Positions 46,833 to 55,640 of a DNA stretch of 64,000 nucleotides are shown here, in pieces (position 1 is the stretch's first letter; every line of letters begins with the position of its first letter). The notes below the pieces were generated by a model. That model searched no databases. It was not told the origin of the DNA and worked only from the letters and a program-made list of their open reading frames with translations. The stretch comes from Planctomycetota bacterium (GTDB taxonomy: Bacteria > Planctomycetota > PLA2 > JAEUHO01). The stretch spans positions 96,001 through 160,000 of the forward strand of contig CBDCWP010000030.1 in assembly GCA_965223505.1 (NCBI GenBank). Direction: 5' to 3'. The position numbers and the translations under genes are program-made.

Positions 46833-47939
46833 CTAGATGTTCATGTCGATGCCTGGGATATCCAGGTTGACGATGTACTTCAGGTTGAACAGCCAACGCA
46901 GGATCATCTTGATCGGCACGGCGGCCATGATGAGACCGAGATTGATGACGATGCCGAAGCGGATCGCGCCGAGCTCGCGGAACAGCTTGCGCCCCACGGT
47001 CTTCGCGATGAACAACGGCAGGACCGTCAGATAGAGCACGACGAGCACGAGTCCCGGCGCCTCACGCAGCAGCACGCTGTCGGGCTCGTGGCCGCCGAGC
47101 ATGTTGATGTAGAAGATTTCCGAGACGTCGATGTTCTGGAGTGGCTCGACCTTGTTGACGTCCCAATACTCGTAGACGCCGAAGAAGTTCCATCCGGGCC
47201 CGCGCAGGAACGTCCCCAGGAACACCTGCAGCACCCACAGGATGAGGAAGCCGAACAGGAACACGAAGATGGCGCCCTTGCGCTCGTGCAGCGTGTAGTA
47301 GCCGTTGCCCTTCGGGTTGCGATCCACGTACGGGATGATGATGAGGCCGATGACAATCGTGCCGGGAAGCAGCACGCCCGCCAACCAGGGGTCGAAGTAG
47401 ACCAGCATCTCCTGCAGGCCGAGGAAGTACCACGGCGCCTTCGACGGGTTGGGCGTGCGCGCGATGTTCGCCGGTTCCTCGATCGGCGCCGCCACGATGA
47501 TCGACCAGAAAATCAGGATCGTGGTGCATACGACCATGCAGATCATCTCGGTGTAGACGAGGTCGGGCCACACCAGCACCTTGCGACTCTTCTCGGCGGC
47601 CTCGAGCGGCGGCTTGCCCTCGCGAATGCGCTCGTCGTTGATGCTGGCCTTGCGCAGCGATAGCCAATACGTGACGTACAGCAGCGCGAGGATGATCACG
47701 ATCGGGATGTTGTCCGCCTTCGTGATGCTCTCGCGGAACTGCCAGTGGCTCACCCCGGGCCAGTCCATGCAGCTGTACACCAACAGGAGCGTCATGAACC
47801 CGCCGATGCCGAGCGCGACCTTCGGCCGCGTCCAGACGTGGGCGTACTTCATGCTCAGGATGAGCAGCACCACCGAGATCGGGAACAGGATCGCCGGATT
47901 GGTGAGGTAGTTGAACGCGGCGTCAATGGTCTGGAACAC
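46833..47939 (-). CDS. Cytochrome b C-terminal/subunit IV-like protein with extra N-terminal helices
   Basis: VWPDLV, APIEEPAN..RTPNPSKAPWYFLG and PYVDRNP motifs. Follows the cytochrome b6 gene. Confidence 0.85.
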   Translation of the reverse strand: MFQTIDAAFNYLTNPAILFPISVVLLILSMKYAHVWTRPKVALGIGGFMTLLLVYSCMDWPGVSHWQFRESITKADNIPIVIILALLYVTYWLSLRKASINDERIREGKPPLEAAEKSRKVLVWPDLVYTEMICMVVCTTILIFWSIIVAAPIEEPANIARTPNPSKAPWYFLGLQEMLVYFDPWLAGVLLPGTIVIGLIIIPYVDRNPKGNGYYTLHERKGAIFVFLFGFLILWVLQVFLGTFLRGPGWNFFGVYEYWDVNKVEPLQNIDVSEIFYINMLGGHEPDSVLLREAPGLVLVVLYLTVLPLFIAKTVGRKLFRELGAIRFGIVINLGLIMAAVPIKMILRWLFNLKYIVNLDIPGIDMNI

Positions 47940-47962
47940 CCTTGCTTCCTCCGTTCAACCGA

Positions 47963-48739
47963 TCAAAGCGGCCCACTGATGCCGCCGTCCTTCCGCACGC
48001 GCCAGAAGTGAACCGCCATGAGCACCATGGCGATCACCGGAACGGCGATGCAGTGAAGGACGTAGAACCGCAACAGCGTTCCTTCGCCGACGAACCGTCC
48101 GGCGAGCAGCGCGTATCTGATGTCGCTGCCCGACGTGACGAACTCGATGTCCTCGAACTTGAGCAACCCGGCGCCCGGGCCTTCGTGGCCGATGACCGGG
48201 TGGGCGCGCGCCATGTTGGTGCCGACCGTGACCGCCCAGATCGCGAGCTGGTCCCACGGCAGCAGATAGCCCGTGAACGAGAGCAGGAGCGTGAGAACCA
48301 ACAGCACCACGCCGATGGCCCAGTTGAACTCGCGCGGCGGCTTGTACGACCCCGTCATGAAGACGCGGAACATGTGCAGCCACACCGTGATGACCATCAA
48401 GTGCGCGGCCCAGCGGTGGATCTCGCGCATGATCCCGAGCGGCACGTCTTCGCGCAGCGCCATGATGTCCGTGTAAGCGCTGGCCGCGACCGGCCGGTAG
48501 TAGAACATCAACAAGATGCCGGTCACGGTCTCCACGAGGAACAGGAAGAACGTCAATCCGCCCATGCACCAGGTGAAGGAGAGGCGGATGCCGGACGAAC
48601 GGGCACGCACCGGATGCAGGTGCAGGAACACGTTCGCGAGCATGACCATCGCGCGGTTTCGGGCGGTGGTGGGCGGTCCGTGCCGGAAGATGCTCTTCCA
48701 GAACTGCGAGCCGCGGATGTAGTCAGCGACCTTCTTCAT
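47963..48739 (-). CDS. petB: Cytochrome b6-type (split cytochrome b N-terminal) subunit
   Basis: WCMGGLT (haem ci Cys), HRWAAH..LH, FTGYLLPWDQ, LH-x14-H and terminal GISGPL. Confidence 0.9.
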   Translation of the reverse strand: MKKVADYIRGSQFWKSIFRHGPPTTARNRAMVMLANVFLHLHPVRARSSGIRLSFTWCMGGLTFFLFLVETVTGILLMFYYRPVAASAYTDIMALREDVPLGIMREIHRWAAHLMVITVWLHMFRVFMTGSYKPPREFNWAIGVVLLVLTLLLSFTGYLLPWDQLAIWAVTVGTNMARAHPVIGHEGPGAGLLKFEDIEFVTSGSDIRYALLAGRFVGEGTLLRFYVLHCIAVPVIAMVLMAVHFWRVRKDGGISGPL

Positions 48740-48772
48740 GCCCTCCCTCTCGGCCCCTCGGACCTGCGGCGC

Positions 48773-49393
48773 CTATGCCATGTCGATGTAGAACTGATCT
48801 GCTTCGCAGGTCTCCAGCTCGACGCGGCACTTGGAGTTCTTGTCGACGACGACGTTGCCCGTGATGGCGTCCTCGTAGACCCGATAGCGCTCGAGCGGAC
48901 GCGGAGTCGGTCCCTCGAAATTGACGCCGTTGATGTAGTAGCCCGACCCATGGCAGGGACACTTGAACTTCTGCTCACCGTTCAACCAGTTCGGCGTGCA
49001 ACCCAGATGCGTGCAAACGGTGGAGATCGCGACGAGCCGGCCCTCGGTGTGCACCATCCACACGCCGTTGCTCTCCTTGTAGGTCTCGTCGACGGTCTCG
49101 GCGCCGAACGTGGACTTCGGCTTGGTCTGGAAGACCTGCGGGGGCTCGAAGTTGACGTTCGGGAACAGGAAGCGCACGCAAGCCAGCGTGCCGATGCCGC
49201 CGGCCGTCGCGAACGCGCCCCAGCCGATGAACGCGGAACCGAACAGACCGCGGCGTGTCACGGTGACCGGCGGACGTCCGTCCGTCACGACCAGGCGCTT
49301 GACCTTGTCGGCGGACGACTGCGCCTCGCCTTCCACCGGGAAGTCGTACGGCCACGGGCTCGGCCAGTGTTGAACCTTCGTCTTTTCGGCCAT
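48773..49393 (-). CDS. Rieske 2Fe-2S subunit of quinol:cytochrome c oxidoreductase
   Basis: TRRGLF Tat-like anchor. CTHLGC and CPCHGSGY boxes, GPTPRPL. Confidence 0.93.
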   Translation of the reverse strand: MAEKTKVQHWPSPWPYDFPVEGEAQSSADKVKRLVVTDGRPPVTVTRRGLFGSAFIGWGAFATAGGIGTLACVRFLFPNVNFEPPQVFQTKPKSTFGAETVDETYKESNGVWMVHTEGRLVAISTVCTHLGCTPNWLNGEQKFKCPCHGSGYYINGVNFEGPTPRPLERYRVYEDAITGNVVVDKNSKCRVELETCEADQFYIDMA

Positions 49394-50466
49394 CAGTCGG
49401 TACTCCAGCGGGCCAGCGCCTCGCGCGCGATCTGGCGCACGTTGCCGTCCTGCTCGGTCTCGGTGCTCGAGAGTCGTGTCACGAGCACTTTCAGTTCGTC
49501 GTCTCCGAGATACGCAGCGCCCCGGATCGCGTTGCGCAGCGCTTGCGCGTGCAGATCCGGCGGGATGCCCATCTCCTGCAAGTCCTTGCGTGTGAGCGAG
49601 CGGCGCAGGAGCGGAACGCCGGCCGGATCGCCGCGAACGGCGAGCGCATAGGCGGCATTGACGCGCACCCCGGCCATCGGATCCTCCAACCCCTTGCGCA
49701 GCACGGGCATCACCTGCGGTCCGTCCGCCGCCTTGCCGCCGTGTTTCGGCAGCCCGAGGAGCGCGAGCGCGTTGTACGCGATGTCACGGACCTGCTCGTC
49801 GTCGTCGCCGGCGGCGCGCACGAGCGCACCCTCCGCAGCGCGGTCTTCCATGAACAAGAGACCGACGGCGGCCTCGCGCCGCACGGCCGCGTCGAAGGGC
49901 TCCTTGCCGTCGCCGGGATGCAGCACGCTCGACAGCAGCGCCACGGCGGCGGGGTCCTGCGTTCGGCCGAGCGCGCGCGCCAACGCGCCGCGACGCTCGT
50001 TCGTGCCGTCCGCGCCGAGCGACACGCGGAACGCCTCGTGCAGCTTCTTGCGGAACATCGGGTCCGCGTAGAACGGCGGCTCGTCCTCGTCTTCCCCGCG
50101 CTCGACGCGCCTGCGCTCGCGCGAGATCTCGATCGCGAGCTGCTGCGCCGCCTGCTGCTGCTCGTTGTCGCCGCCGGTCAGGACCTTGTCCAGGAGCTCG
50201 GCGGGCGTCGCTGCGGAGCCCGACACGGCGCCGAAGAGGACGAAGACACCGACGGCCGCGGCGACGATCAGGACCGGGAAGAGGAAGAACTGCCAGAGCA
50301 GGATCGTGCTCTTGTCGGCCCTGCGCTTCGGCTCTTCTTTCTGGAAAATGGGGTCAGCCGCGTCCCCGCCGGATCCCTGGGGATCGGCCCCAGCTGAACC
50401 GGGGGGGCGTCGTGCGTCGGACAAGGCGTCTCGCGTGGACTTCGAGGGGACACGGCGCGGCGGCAA
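49393..50466 (-). CDS. Membrane-anchored HEAT-repeat protein (start uncertain)
   Basis: TM QFFLFPVLIVAAAVGVFVLFG. HEAT units VRREAAVGL and VRVNAAYALA. Stop overlaps the Rieske start. Confidence 0.75.
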   Translation of the reverse strand: MPPRRVPSKSTRDALSDARRPPGSAGADPQGSGGDAADPIFQKEEPKRRADKSTILLWQFFLFPVLIVAAAVGVFVLFGAVSGSAATPAELLDKVLTGGDNEQQQAAQQLAIEISRERRRVERGEDEDEPPFYADPMFRKKLHEAFRVSLGADGTNERRGALARALGRTQDPAAVALLSSVLHPGDGKEPFDAAVRREAAVGLLFMEDRAAEGALVRAAGDDDEQVRDIAYNALALLGLPKHGGKAADGPQVMPVLRKGLEDPMAGVRVNAAYALAVRGDPAGVPLLRRSLTRKDLQEMGIPPDLHAQALRNAIRGAAYLGDDELKVLVTRLSSTETEQDGNVRQIAREALARWSTD

Positions 50467-50620
50467 GGATGGTGCTCAAAGCCGCTTCGCTAGGGGAGAA
50501 GGATAGGAATCGCCCCCCTTCTCCCCAACCCAAATCGCGGGGATTTCAGCAGCCGCCGGGCCGGTTCGGGGAAGGGTCCGCAGGCGCGACGCGAAGATCG
50601 GGAGCGGCGGATGCGCCGCG

Positions 50621-51646
50621 CTACTCGGGAGAGGCGACGTCGCGGCCGCGCACCTTCTCCAGCAGCCGCAGGTCCTCGCAGAGATCGCGGAATGCGGCGG
50701 GTTGCAGCGCCTGCTCCGCATCGGAGAGCGCCTGCTTCGGACGCGAGTGCACCTCCATGATCAGACCGTCGGCGCCGGCGGCGCAGGCGGCCTTGGCCAG
50801 GGACGGCACGTAGGCCGCGTTCCCGGTGGCGTGGCTCGGGTCGATGATGATCGGCAGGTGCGAGCGCTCGCGGATGACGGGAATGGCCGCCAGGTCGAGC
50901 AGATTGCGGGTCGCGGGGTCGAACCCGCGCACGCCGCGCTCGCAGAGAACGACGTTCGGGTCGCCCTGCGCCAGGATGTACTCCGCGGCGTTGAGCCAAT
51001 CGGCGATGGTGGCGGAGCGGCCGCGCTTGAGCAGCACGGGGTGCCCGCTGCGTCCGACCTCGACCAGCAGGTCGAAGTTGCTCATGTTGCGGGTGCCGAT
51101 TTGGAGCATGTCGAGATTGGTGACGCAGGCCTCGATGTGGCGGGGATCGCAGATCTCGCTCACGGTCGGCAGGCCGGTCTCCAGGCTGATGTCGCGCAGC
51201 ATGCGCAGGCCGTCGAGCCCCAGGCCGCGGAACGCGTACGGGCTGGTGCGCGGCTTGTAGGCGCCGCCGCGCAGCATGTCCGCGCCGGCCGACTTGACGG
51301 CCTGGGCGATCTCGCGGAGCAGGGCCTCTTCCTCGACGGCGCACGGCCCGGCGATGACGGCGAGCGCGCCGCCGCCAAAGCGCACGTCGCCGACTTTGAC
51401 GACGGTGGGCTCCCTTTGGTGTTCGAGGCTGGAGAGGGTGTAGGGCTTGGTGAGGTGAACGAAGTTGCGAACGGCCGCGAACATGGCGAGGGGAATGCGG
51501 CGGAGGCGATCGAGATCGCCTTCGATGGTGAGGACGTCGCCCTTGGGTGTGGCGGCCTCGGTCGCGGTGCATCCGGCGTCCTGGATGACGCCAAGCAGCT
51601 CCGCGCGCTGCTCCGGTGTGCTTCCGGGTTGGATGAGGATCAGCAT
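50621..51646 (-). CDS. aroF: DAHP synthase type I-beta
   Basis: IAGPCAVE, RGGAYKPRTSPY, QIGTRNM, LLKRG, CERG, DPSH and EVH motifs. Confidence 0.93.
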   Translation of the reverse strand: MLILIQPGSTPEQRAELLGVIQDAGCTATEAATPKGDVLTIEGDLDRLRRIPLAMFAAVRNFVHLTKPYTLSSLEHQREPTVVKVGDVRFGGGALAVIAGPCAVEEEALLREIAQAVKSAGADMLRGGAYKPRTSPYAFRGLGLDGLRMLRDISLETGLPTVSEICDPRHIEACVTNLDMLQIGTRNMSNFDLLVEVGRSGHPVLLKRGRSATIADWLNAAEYILAQGDPNVVLCERGVRGFDPATRNLLDLAAIPVIRERSHLPIIIDPSHATGNAAYVPSLAKAACAAGADGLIMEVHSRPKQALSDAEQALQPAAFRDLCEDLRLLEKVRGRDVASPE

Positions 51647-51881
51647 GGGAGGAAGAGTCTATGCTTGATCCCGGGAAGGCGAGGGAATCCCTGGACGACG
51701 CCCCAACCCATCCCGAACGGACCCGTGCCCGTTGCCTGGCCCCGGCGCCCGTCCCCGATCCCGATCCCGACTGCCCGTCCCGGTCCCCCACCCGATCCCG
51801 ACGAAGCGCCCTCTCCGTTTCGAGGGCGGCCACGCGGGCCGCCCCTACATCCGAGCCCCCATCGGGTTTAGGGTTTCGCCC

Positions 51882-52652
51882 ATGAGCGCTCGCAGAACGA
51901 TGGTTGCCGGCAACTGGAAGATGAACGGGTCCCGCGACGAGGCCGTCGCGTGGGCCCGGGCCGCAGTCGAGCACGCCGCGGCGACCGAGAACGAGATTGC
52001 CCTGTTCCCCCCCTACCCGTGGCTCGACGCGGTGGCCGCGATCACCGGCGACGCCGTCAGTCTCGGCGCCCAGGCCTGCCACCCCGAGGCCTCCGGCGCC
52101 TTCACCGGCGCGATCTCGGCGGCCATGGTGGTCGAGACCGGCTGCCGCTACGTGCTGTGTGGCCACAGCGAACGCCGGCACGTCTTCGGCGAGACCGACG
52201 CGTTCGTCGCCGCGAGCCTCGCTCGAGCGCTGTCCGCAGGGCTCGAGCCGGTGCTGTGCGTCGGCGAGACCCGTGAGGAGCGCGACGCCGGCCGGACCGA
52301 AGCCGTGCTCGAACGCCAGCTGTCGGCCGGCCTGGACGCCCTGAGCAGGCCGTCCGCTCCGCTGGTCATCGCGTACGAGCCCGTCTGGGCCATCGGCACG
52401 GGCACGCCCGCCACGCCCAAGGAAGCGGACGAGGCGCATACCTGGATCCGCGCGCGCGTGGCGCAGGACGACCCGGAGCGGGCCGCTTCGGTCCGAATCC
52501 TCTACGGCGGCAGCGTGAACGCCGACAACATAGAGAGCTTCCTCGCGGTTCCGGACGTCGACGGCGCGCTCGTAGGGGGTGCGGCGCTCGACCCGGTCGG
52601 CTTCGGGCGGATTGCCCGCGCCACGCCCCGGGGCGCGAGTCAGGATGCTTGA
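51882..52652 (+). CDS. tpiA: Triosephosphate isomerase
   Basis: VAGNWKMN, GAFTG, GHSERR, AYEPVWAIGTG, YGGSV and GALVGGA motifs. Confidence 0.97.
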   Translation: MSARRTMVAGNWKMNGSRDEAVAWARAAVEHAAATENEIALFPPYPWLDAVAAITGDAVSLGAQACHPEASGAFTGAISAAMVVETGCRYVLCGHSERRHVFGETDAFVAASLARALSAGLEPVLCVGETREERDAGRTEAVLERQLSAGLDALSRPSAPLVIAYEPVWAIGTGTPATPKEADEAHTWIRARVAQDDPERAASVRILYGGSVNADNIESFLAVPDVDGALVGGAALDPVGFGRIARATPRGASQDA

Positions 52653-52688
52653 GCGGTCCCGCCGGGGGCCGGACTCGAGGAGGTTGGT

Positions 52689-53276
52689 GTGTTGATTCCG
52701 GATCTCTCCATCGGCGCGGTCATCGACATCGTGCGCGGTCTCGTCATGGCGCTCTTCGTCATTTCCGCGCTGCTGCTGATGCTGGTCATCCTCCTACAGG
52801 AGGGCAAGGGCGGCGGCCTGGCCGGCGCGTTCGGCGGCGCGGGCGCCGAGACGTTCGGCGTGAAGGCCGGCACGGTCAACAAGTTCACGGCGTACCTGGG
52901 CGCGGCCTTCCTGGGCCTGGCGCTCCTGCATGCCGGCCTGGCTTCCGCCAGCAACCCGATGCTCGGTGAGGACGAGGACGTCCTCGAAGAGGGCGACACC
53001 GTCGAGGATCCGGACACCGGCGATACGGGCGACGCGACCGGCGGCTCGGAAGACGGTGCGGGCGACGGCGCCGGTGCGGGCGGCGACCCCAAGGACGGGG
53101 GCGGCGCCGGCGACGCGAAGGACGACGCGGGCAGTGACCCGAAGGACGCCGATGACGAGCCGAAGAAGGACGACGCCGGTGACGAGCCGAAGAAGGACGA
53201 CGCCGGCGACGATCCGAAGAAGGACGACGCCGGCGACGATCCGAAGAAGGACGAGCCGGGCGGCGACGACAAGTAG
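52689..53276 (+). CDS. secG: Preprotein translocase SecG with long acidic repeat tail
   Basis: VILLQEGKGGGLAGAFGG...FG. Two TM helices. Follows tpiA. Confidence 0.9.
   Translation: MLIPDLSIGAVIDIVRGLVMALFVISALLLMLVILLQEGKGGGLAGAFGGAGAETFGVKAGTVNKFTAYLGAAFLGLALLHAGLASASNPMLGEDEDVLEEGDTVEDPDTGDTGDATGGSEDGAGDGAGAGGDPKDGGGAGDAKDDAGSDPKDADDEPKKDDAGDEPKKDDAGDDPKKDDAGDDPKKDEPGGDDK
53145..53249 (+). repeat. 27-bp tandem repeat (about 4 units) encoding DDAGD(E/D)PKK
   Basis: gacgacgccggYgacgaKccgaagaag at 53169, 53196 and 53223, plus a shorter upstream unit. Confidence 0.85.
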
Positions 53277-53279
53277 CTC

Positions 53280-54167
53280 GTGACGAACGCCGTTCGCTCG
53301 ATGACCGGCTCGGGCGCCTTCGTCGTGGAGACGGAGATCGGCCGGATCGAGGTCGAGGCGCGCTCCGTCAACCATCGCTTCCTGAAGAGCACGACGCGCG
53401 GGCACGGTCCGCTGCCGCAGCTCGACGCGCGCGTCGACGCGAGAGTGAAGAAGTTCGTGAAGCGCGGCCACGTCAGCGTGCACGTGCGTTTCCAGCCCGC
53501 GGCCTCGGCCGGAGAGAGCCGCATCGACGAAGCGGCCTTCAACGAGACCGTCGCGCATCTCAAGGGGCTGGCGTCGGAGAACGAGCTCCCCCTGCCCACG
53601 ATCGGCGACATCCTGGCGACCCCGGGCGTTCTGAGTGACGTGCGCGCTTCCCTCGACACGGAGAAGGTCGAGCTTTCGGTCGACGCGGCCCTCGAAGGTG
53701 CGCTGGCCGCGCTGACAACCGCGCGCGAGCGCGAGGGCGCGTCGATGCGCACCGAGCTCGAGCGCTTGCTCGAGGTCGTCAGCGAGCTCGTCGCGAAGAT
53801 CGAAGAGCGAGCGGGCGAGGTGCCGGCGGCGGCGAAGGAACGCCTGAACACGCGGCTCGAGGAGCTGCTCGAAGGCACCGGAGCGTCCGTCGACCCGGCG
53901 CAGCTCGCGCGCGAGTGCGCGTTGCTGGCGGACCGCGCCGACGTGCGCGAGGAGATCGCCCGCATGCACGCGCACGTGGAGCACGCCGGCGAGATGTTGG
54001 CGAAGGGCGGGCCGGTCGGACGCCGTCTGGACTTCCTCGTACAGGAGATGCACCGCGAGACGAACACGATCGGCAGCAAGGCCAACGATCTCTCGCTGAC
54101 GCGGTTCGTGATGGACCTCAAGTCGAACGTCGAGCGCATGCGCGAGCAGGTGCAGAACCTCGAATGA
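53280..54167 (+). CDS. yicC: YicC/YloC family endoribonuclease
   Basis: RSMTG, RSVNHRFL, DVREEI.R and GRRLDFLVQEMHRETNTIGSK motifs. Confidence 0.93.
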   Translation: MTNAVRSMTGSGAFVVETEIGRIEVEARSVNHRFLKSTTRGHGPLPQLDARVDARVKKFVKRGHVSVHVRFQPAASAGESRIDEAAFNETVAHLKGLASENELPLPTIGDILATPGVLSDVRASLDTEKVELSVDAALEGALAALTTAREREGASMRTELERLLEVVSELVAKIEERAGEVPAAAKERLNTRLEELLEGTGASVDPAQLARECALLADRADVREEIARMHAHVEHAGEMLAKGGPVGRRLDFLVQEMHRETNTIGSKANDLSLTRFVMDLKSNVERMREQVQNLE

Positions 54168-54748
54168 CGCCCGCACCCGAAACACCCGGCGTGGACGAGG
54201 CGCGACTGATCGTCATCTCGGGTCCGAGCGGCGCCGGCAAGACCAGCGTGGCCCAGCGCCTCCTGGTAGACCCGCGCTTCGCCCGCGCCCTGACCGCGAC
54301 GACGCGCGCGCCGCGTGGCGACGAGCGCGACGGCGTGGACTACCACTTCCTGCAGGAGAAGGACTTCCGCGACGGCATCGCGCGGGGGGACTTCCTCGAG
54401 TACGCCGTCGTCTACAACGGCAACCTCTACGGCACGCCGCGCAAGAACGTGATGTCGATTCTCTCGTCCGGCCGGCACTGCTTGCTCGTGATCGACGTGC
54501 AGGGCGTCGGCACGCTGCGCTCGATGAACGTGGACGGGCTGTTCGTGTTCGTGAAGCCGCCGAACATGGCCGAGCTGGAGCGGCGCCTGCGGGGCCGGGG
54601 CCAGGACGACGAGGAGGCCATCGCCGCCCGGTTGGCCGCCGCCGCGGACGAGATGCGCGAGGAACGGCACTTCGACGTCGCGATCGTCAACGACGAGGTC
54701 GAGGCGGCCGCCAGGCGGCTGGCCGCGCAGGTCGGCATCGACCTTTGA
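54164..54748 (+). CDS. gmk: Guanylate kinase
   Basis: SGPSGAGKT, TTRAPR..E.DGVDYHF, YGTP and IDVQG motifs. ATGA overlap with yicC. Confidence 0.95.
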   Translation: MTPAPETPGVDEARLIVISGPSGAGKTSVAQRLLVDPRFARALTATTRAPRGDERDGVDYHFLQEKDFRDGIARGDFLEYAVVYNGNLYGTPRKNVMSILSSGRHCLLVIDVQGVGTLRSMNVDGLFVFVKPPNMAELERRLRGRGQDDEEAIAARLAAAADEMREERHFDVAIVNDEVEAAARRLAAQVGIDL

Positions 54749-54841
54749 GGCCCGCCTATCCGTGAATTTCGAGGCGCTCGGGGCCCCCTGCGTAAACATG
54801 GTGCGTTCTGCCCGATCTTGGGCCGCTGCAGAGGAGACGAC

Positions 54842-55048
54842 ATGGAGGAGAAGATCCGCATTCTCGACGAGCTCGAGTCGAAGGTCGGCGGACGCTTCAA
54901 GCTGACCGCGCTGCTCCAGAAGCGGATCCGCGAGCTGGTGGCTGGCGCCCCGCGGCTCATCGAGTCGACCTCCGACGATCCCCTCGACATCGCGATCGAG
55001 GAGATTCGCGCGAACAAGATCGAGCTGGTCCCGGAGGACGCCGAGTAG
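54842..55048 (+). CDS. rpoZ: RNA polymerase omega subunit
   Basis: KVGGRFKLTALLQKRIREL...IAIEEI. GGAGA RBS. gmk-rpoZ-coa synteny. Confidence 0.85.
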   Translation: MEEKIRILDELESKVGGRFKLTALLQKRIRELVAGAPRLIESTSDDPLDIAIEEIRANKIELVPEDAE

Positions 55049-55060
55049 CGCCGGCACCGA

Positions 55061-55594
55061 ATGGCGCGCATCGTCGTCTGCGTCGGAGGAAGCATCGCGG
55101 CCTACAAGGCCTGCGACCTCGTTTCCAAGCTCGTGCAGGACGGCCATACGGTGGACGTCGTCATGACGCGCGAGGCCGGCTGGTTCGTTCGTCCGCTCGC
55201 CTTCTCCGCGCTCACACACCGCCAGGTCTTCACGGACGAGACGTGGGGTGAGGGCGACGCCCCGGCGGCGCACCTGACCGCGACGAACGACGCCGACCTG
55301 GTCGTGGTCGCGCCGTGCACCGCGAACCTGATCGGCAAGTTCGCGCACGGCATCGCCGACGACATCGTCACGTCGACGTATCTGGGCGTGGAGTGTCCCG
55401 TGCTGATCGCGCCCGCCATGAACGCCCGCATGTGGCGGCACAAACGCGTGCAGGCCAACGTCGAGACGTTGAAGGGCGACGGCGTCACCCTCGTCGGGCC
55501 CGACGAGGGCTACCTCGCGGAGGCCGAAGTGGGACCGGGCCGCATGGCGGAGCCCGGAGCCATCCGCGAAGCGATCGCGGCGCTGTCGGCGTAG
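55061..55594 (+). CDS. coaC: Stand-alone phosphopantothenoylcysteine decarboxylase (HFCD flavoprotein)
   Basis: GGSIAAYK, APCTANLIGK.AHGIADD, PAMNARMW and GPGRMAEP motifs. No CoaB domain. Confidence 0.85.
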   Translation: MARIVVCVGGSIAAYKACDLVSKLVQDGHTVDVVMTREAGWFVRPLAFSALTHRQVFTDETWGEGDAPAAHLTATNDADLVVVAPCTANLIGKFAHGIADDIVTSTYLGVECPVLIAPAMNARMWRHKRVQANVETLKGDGVTLVGPDEGYLAEAEVGPGRMAEPGAIREAIAALSA

Positions 55595-55640
55595 CAGGAA
55601 GCCGAACGGCGCTCGTGCGTTCGGCCTACACTCCTGAACG

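Noticed and set aside
43696..46836. 1046-aa plus-strand ORF
   Set aside because: Mirror frame of the octahaem cytochrome gene.
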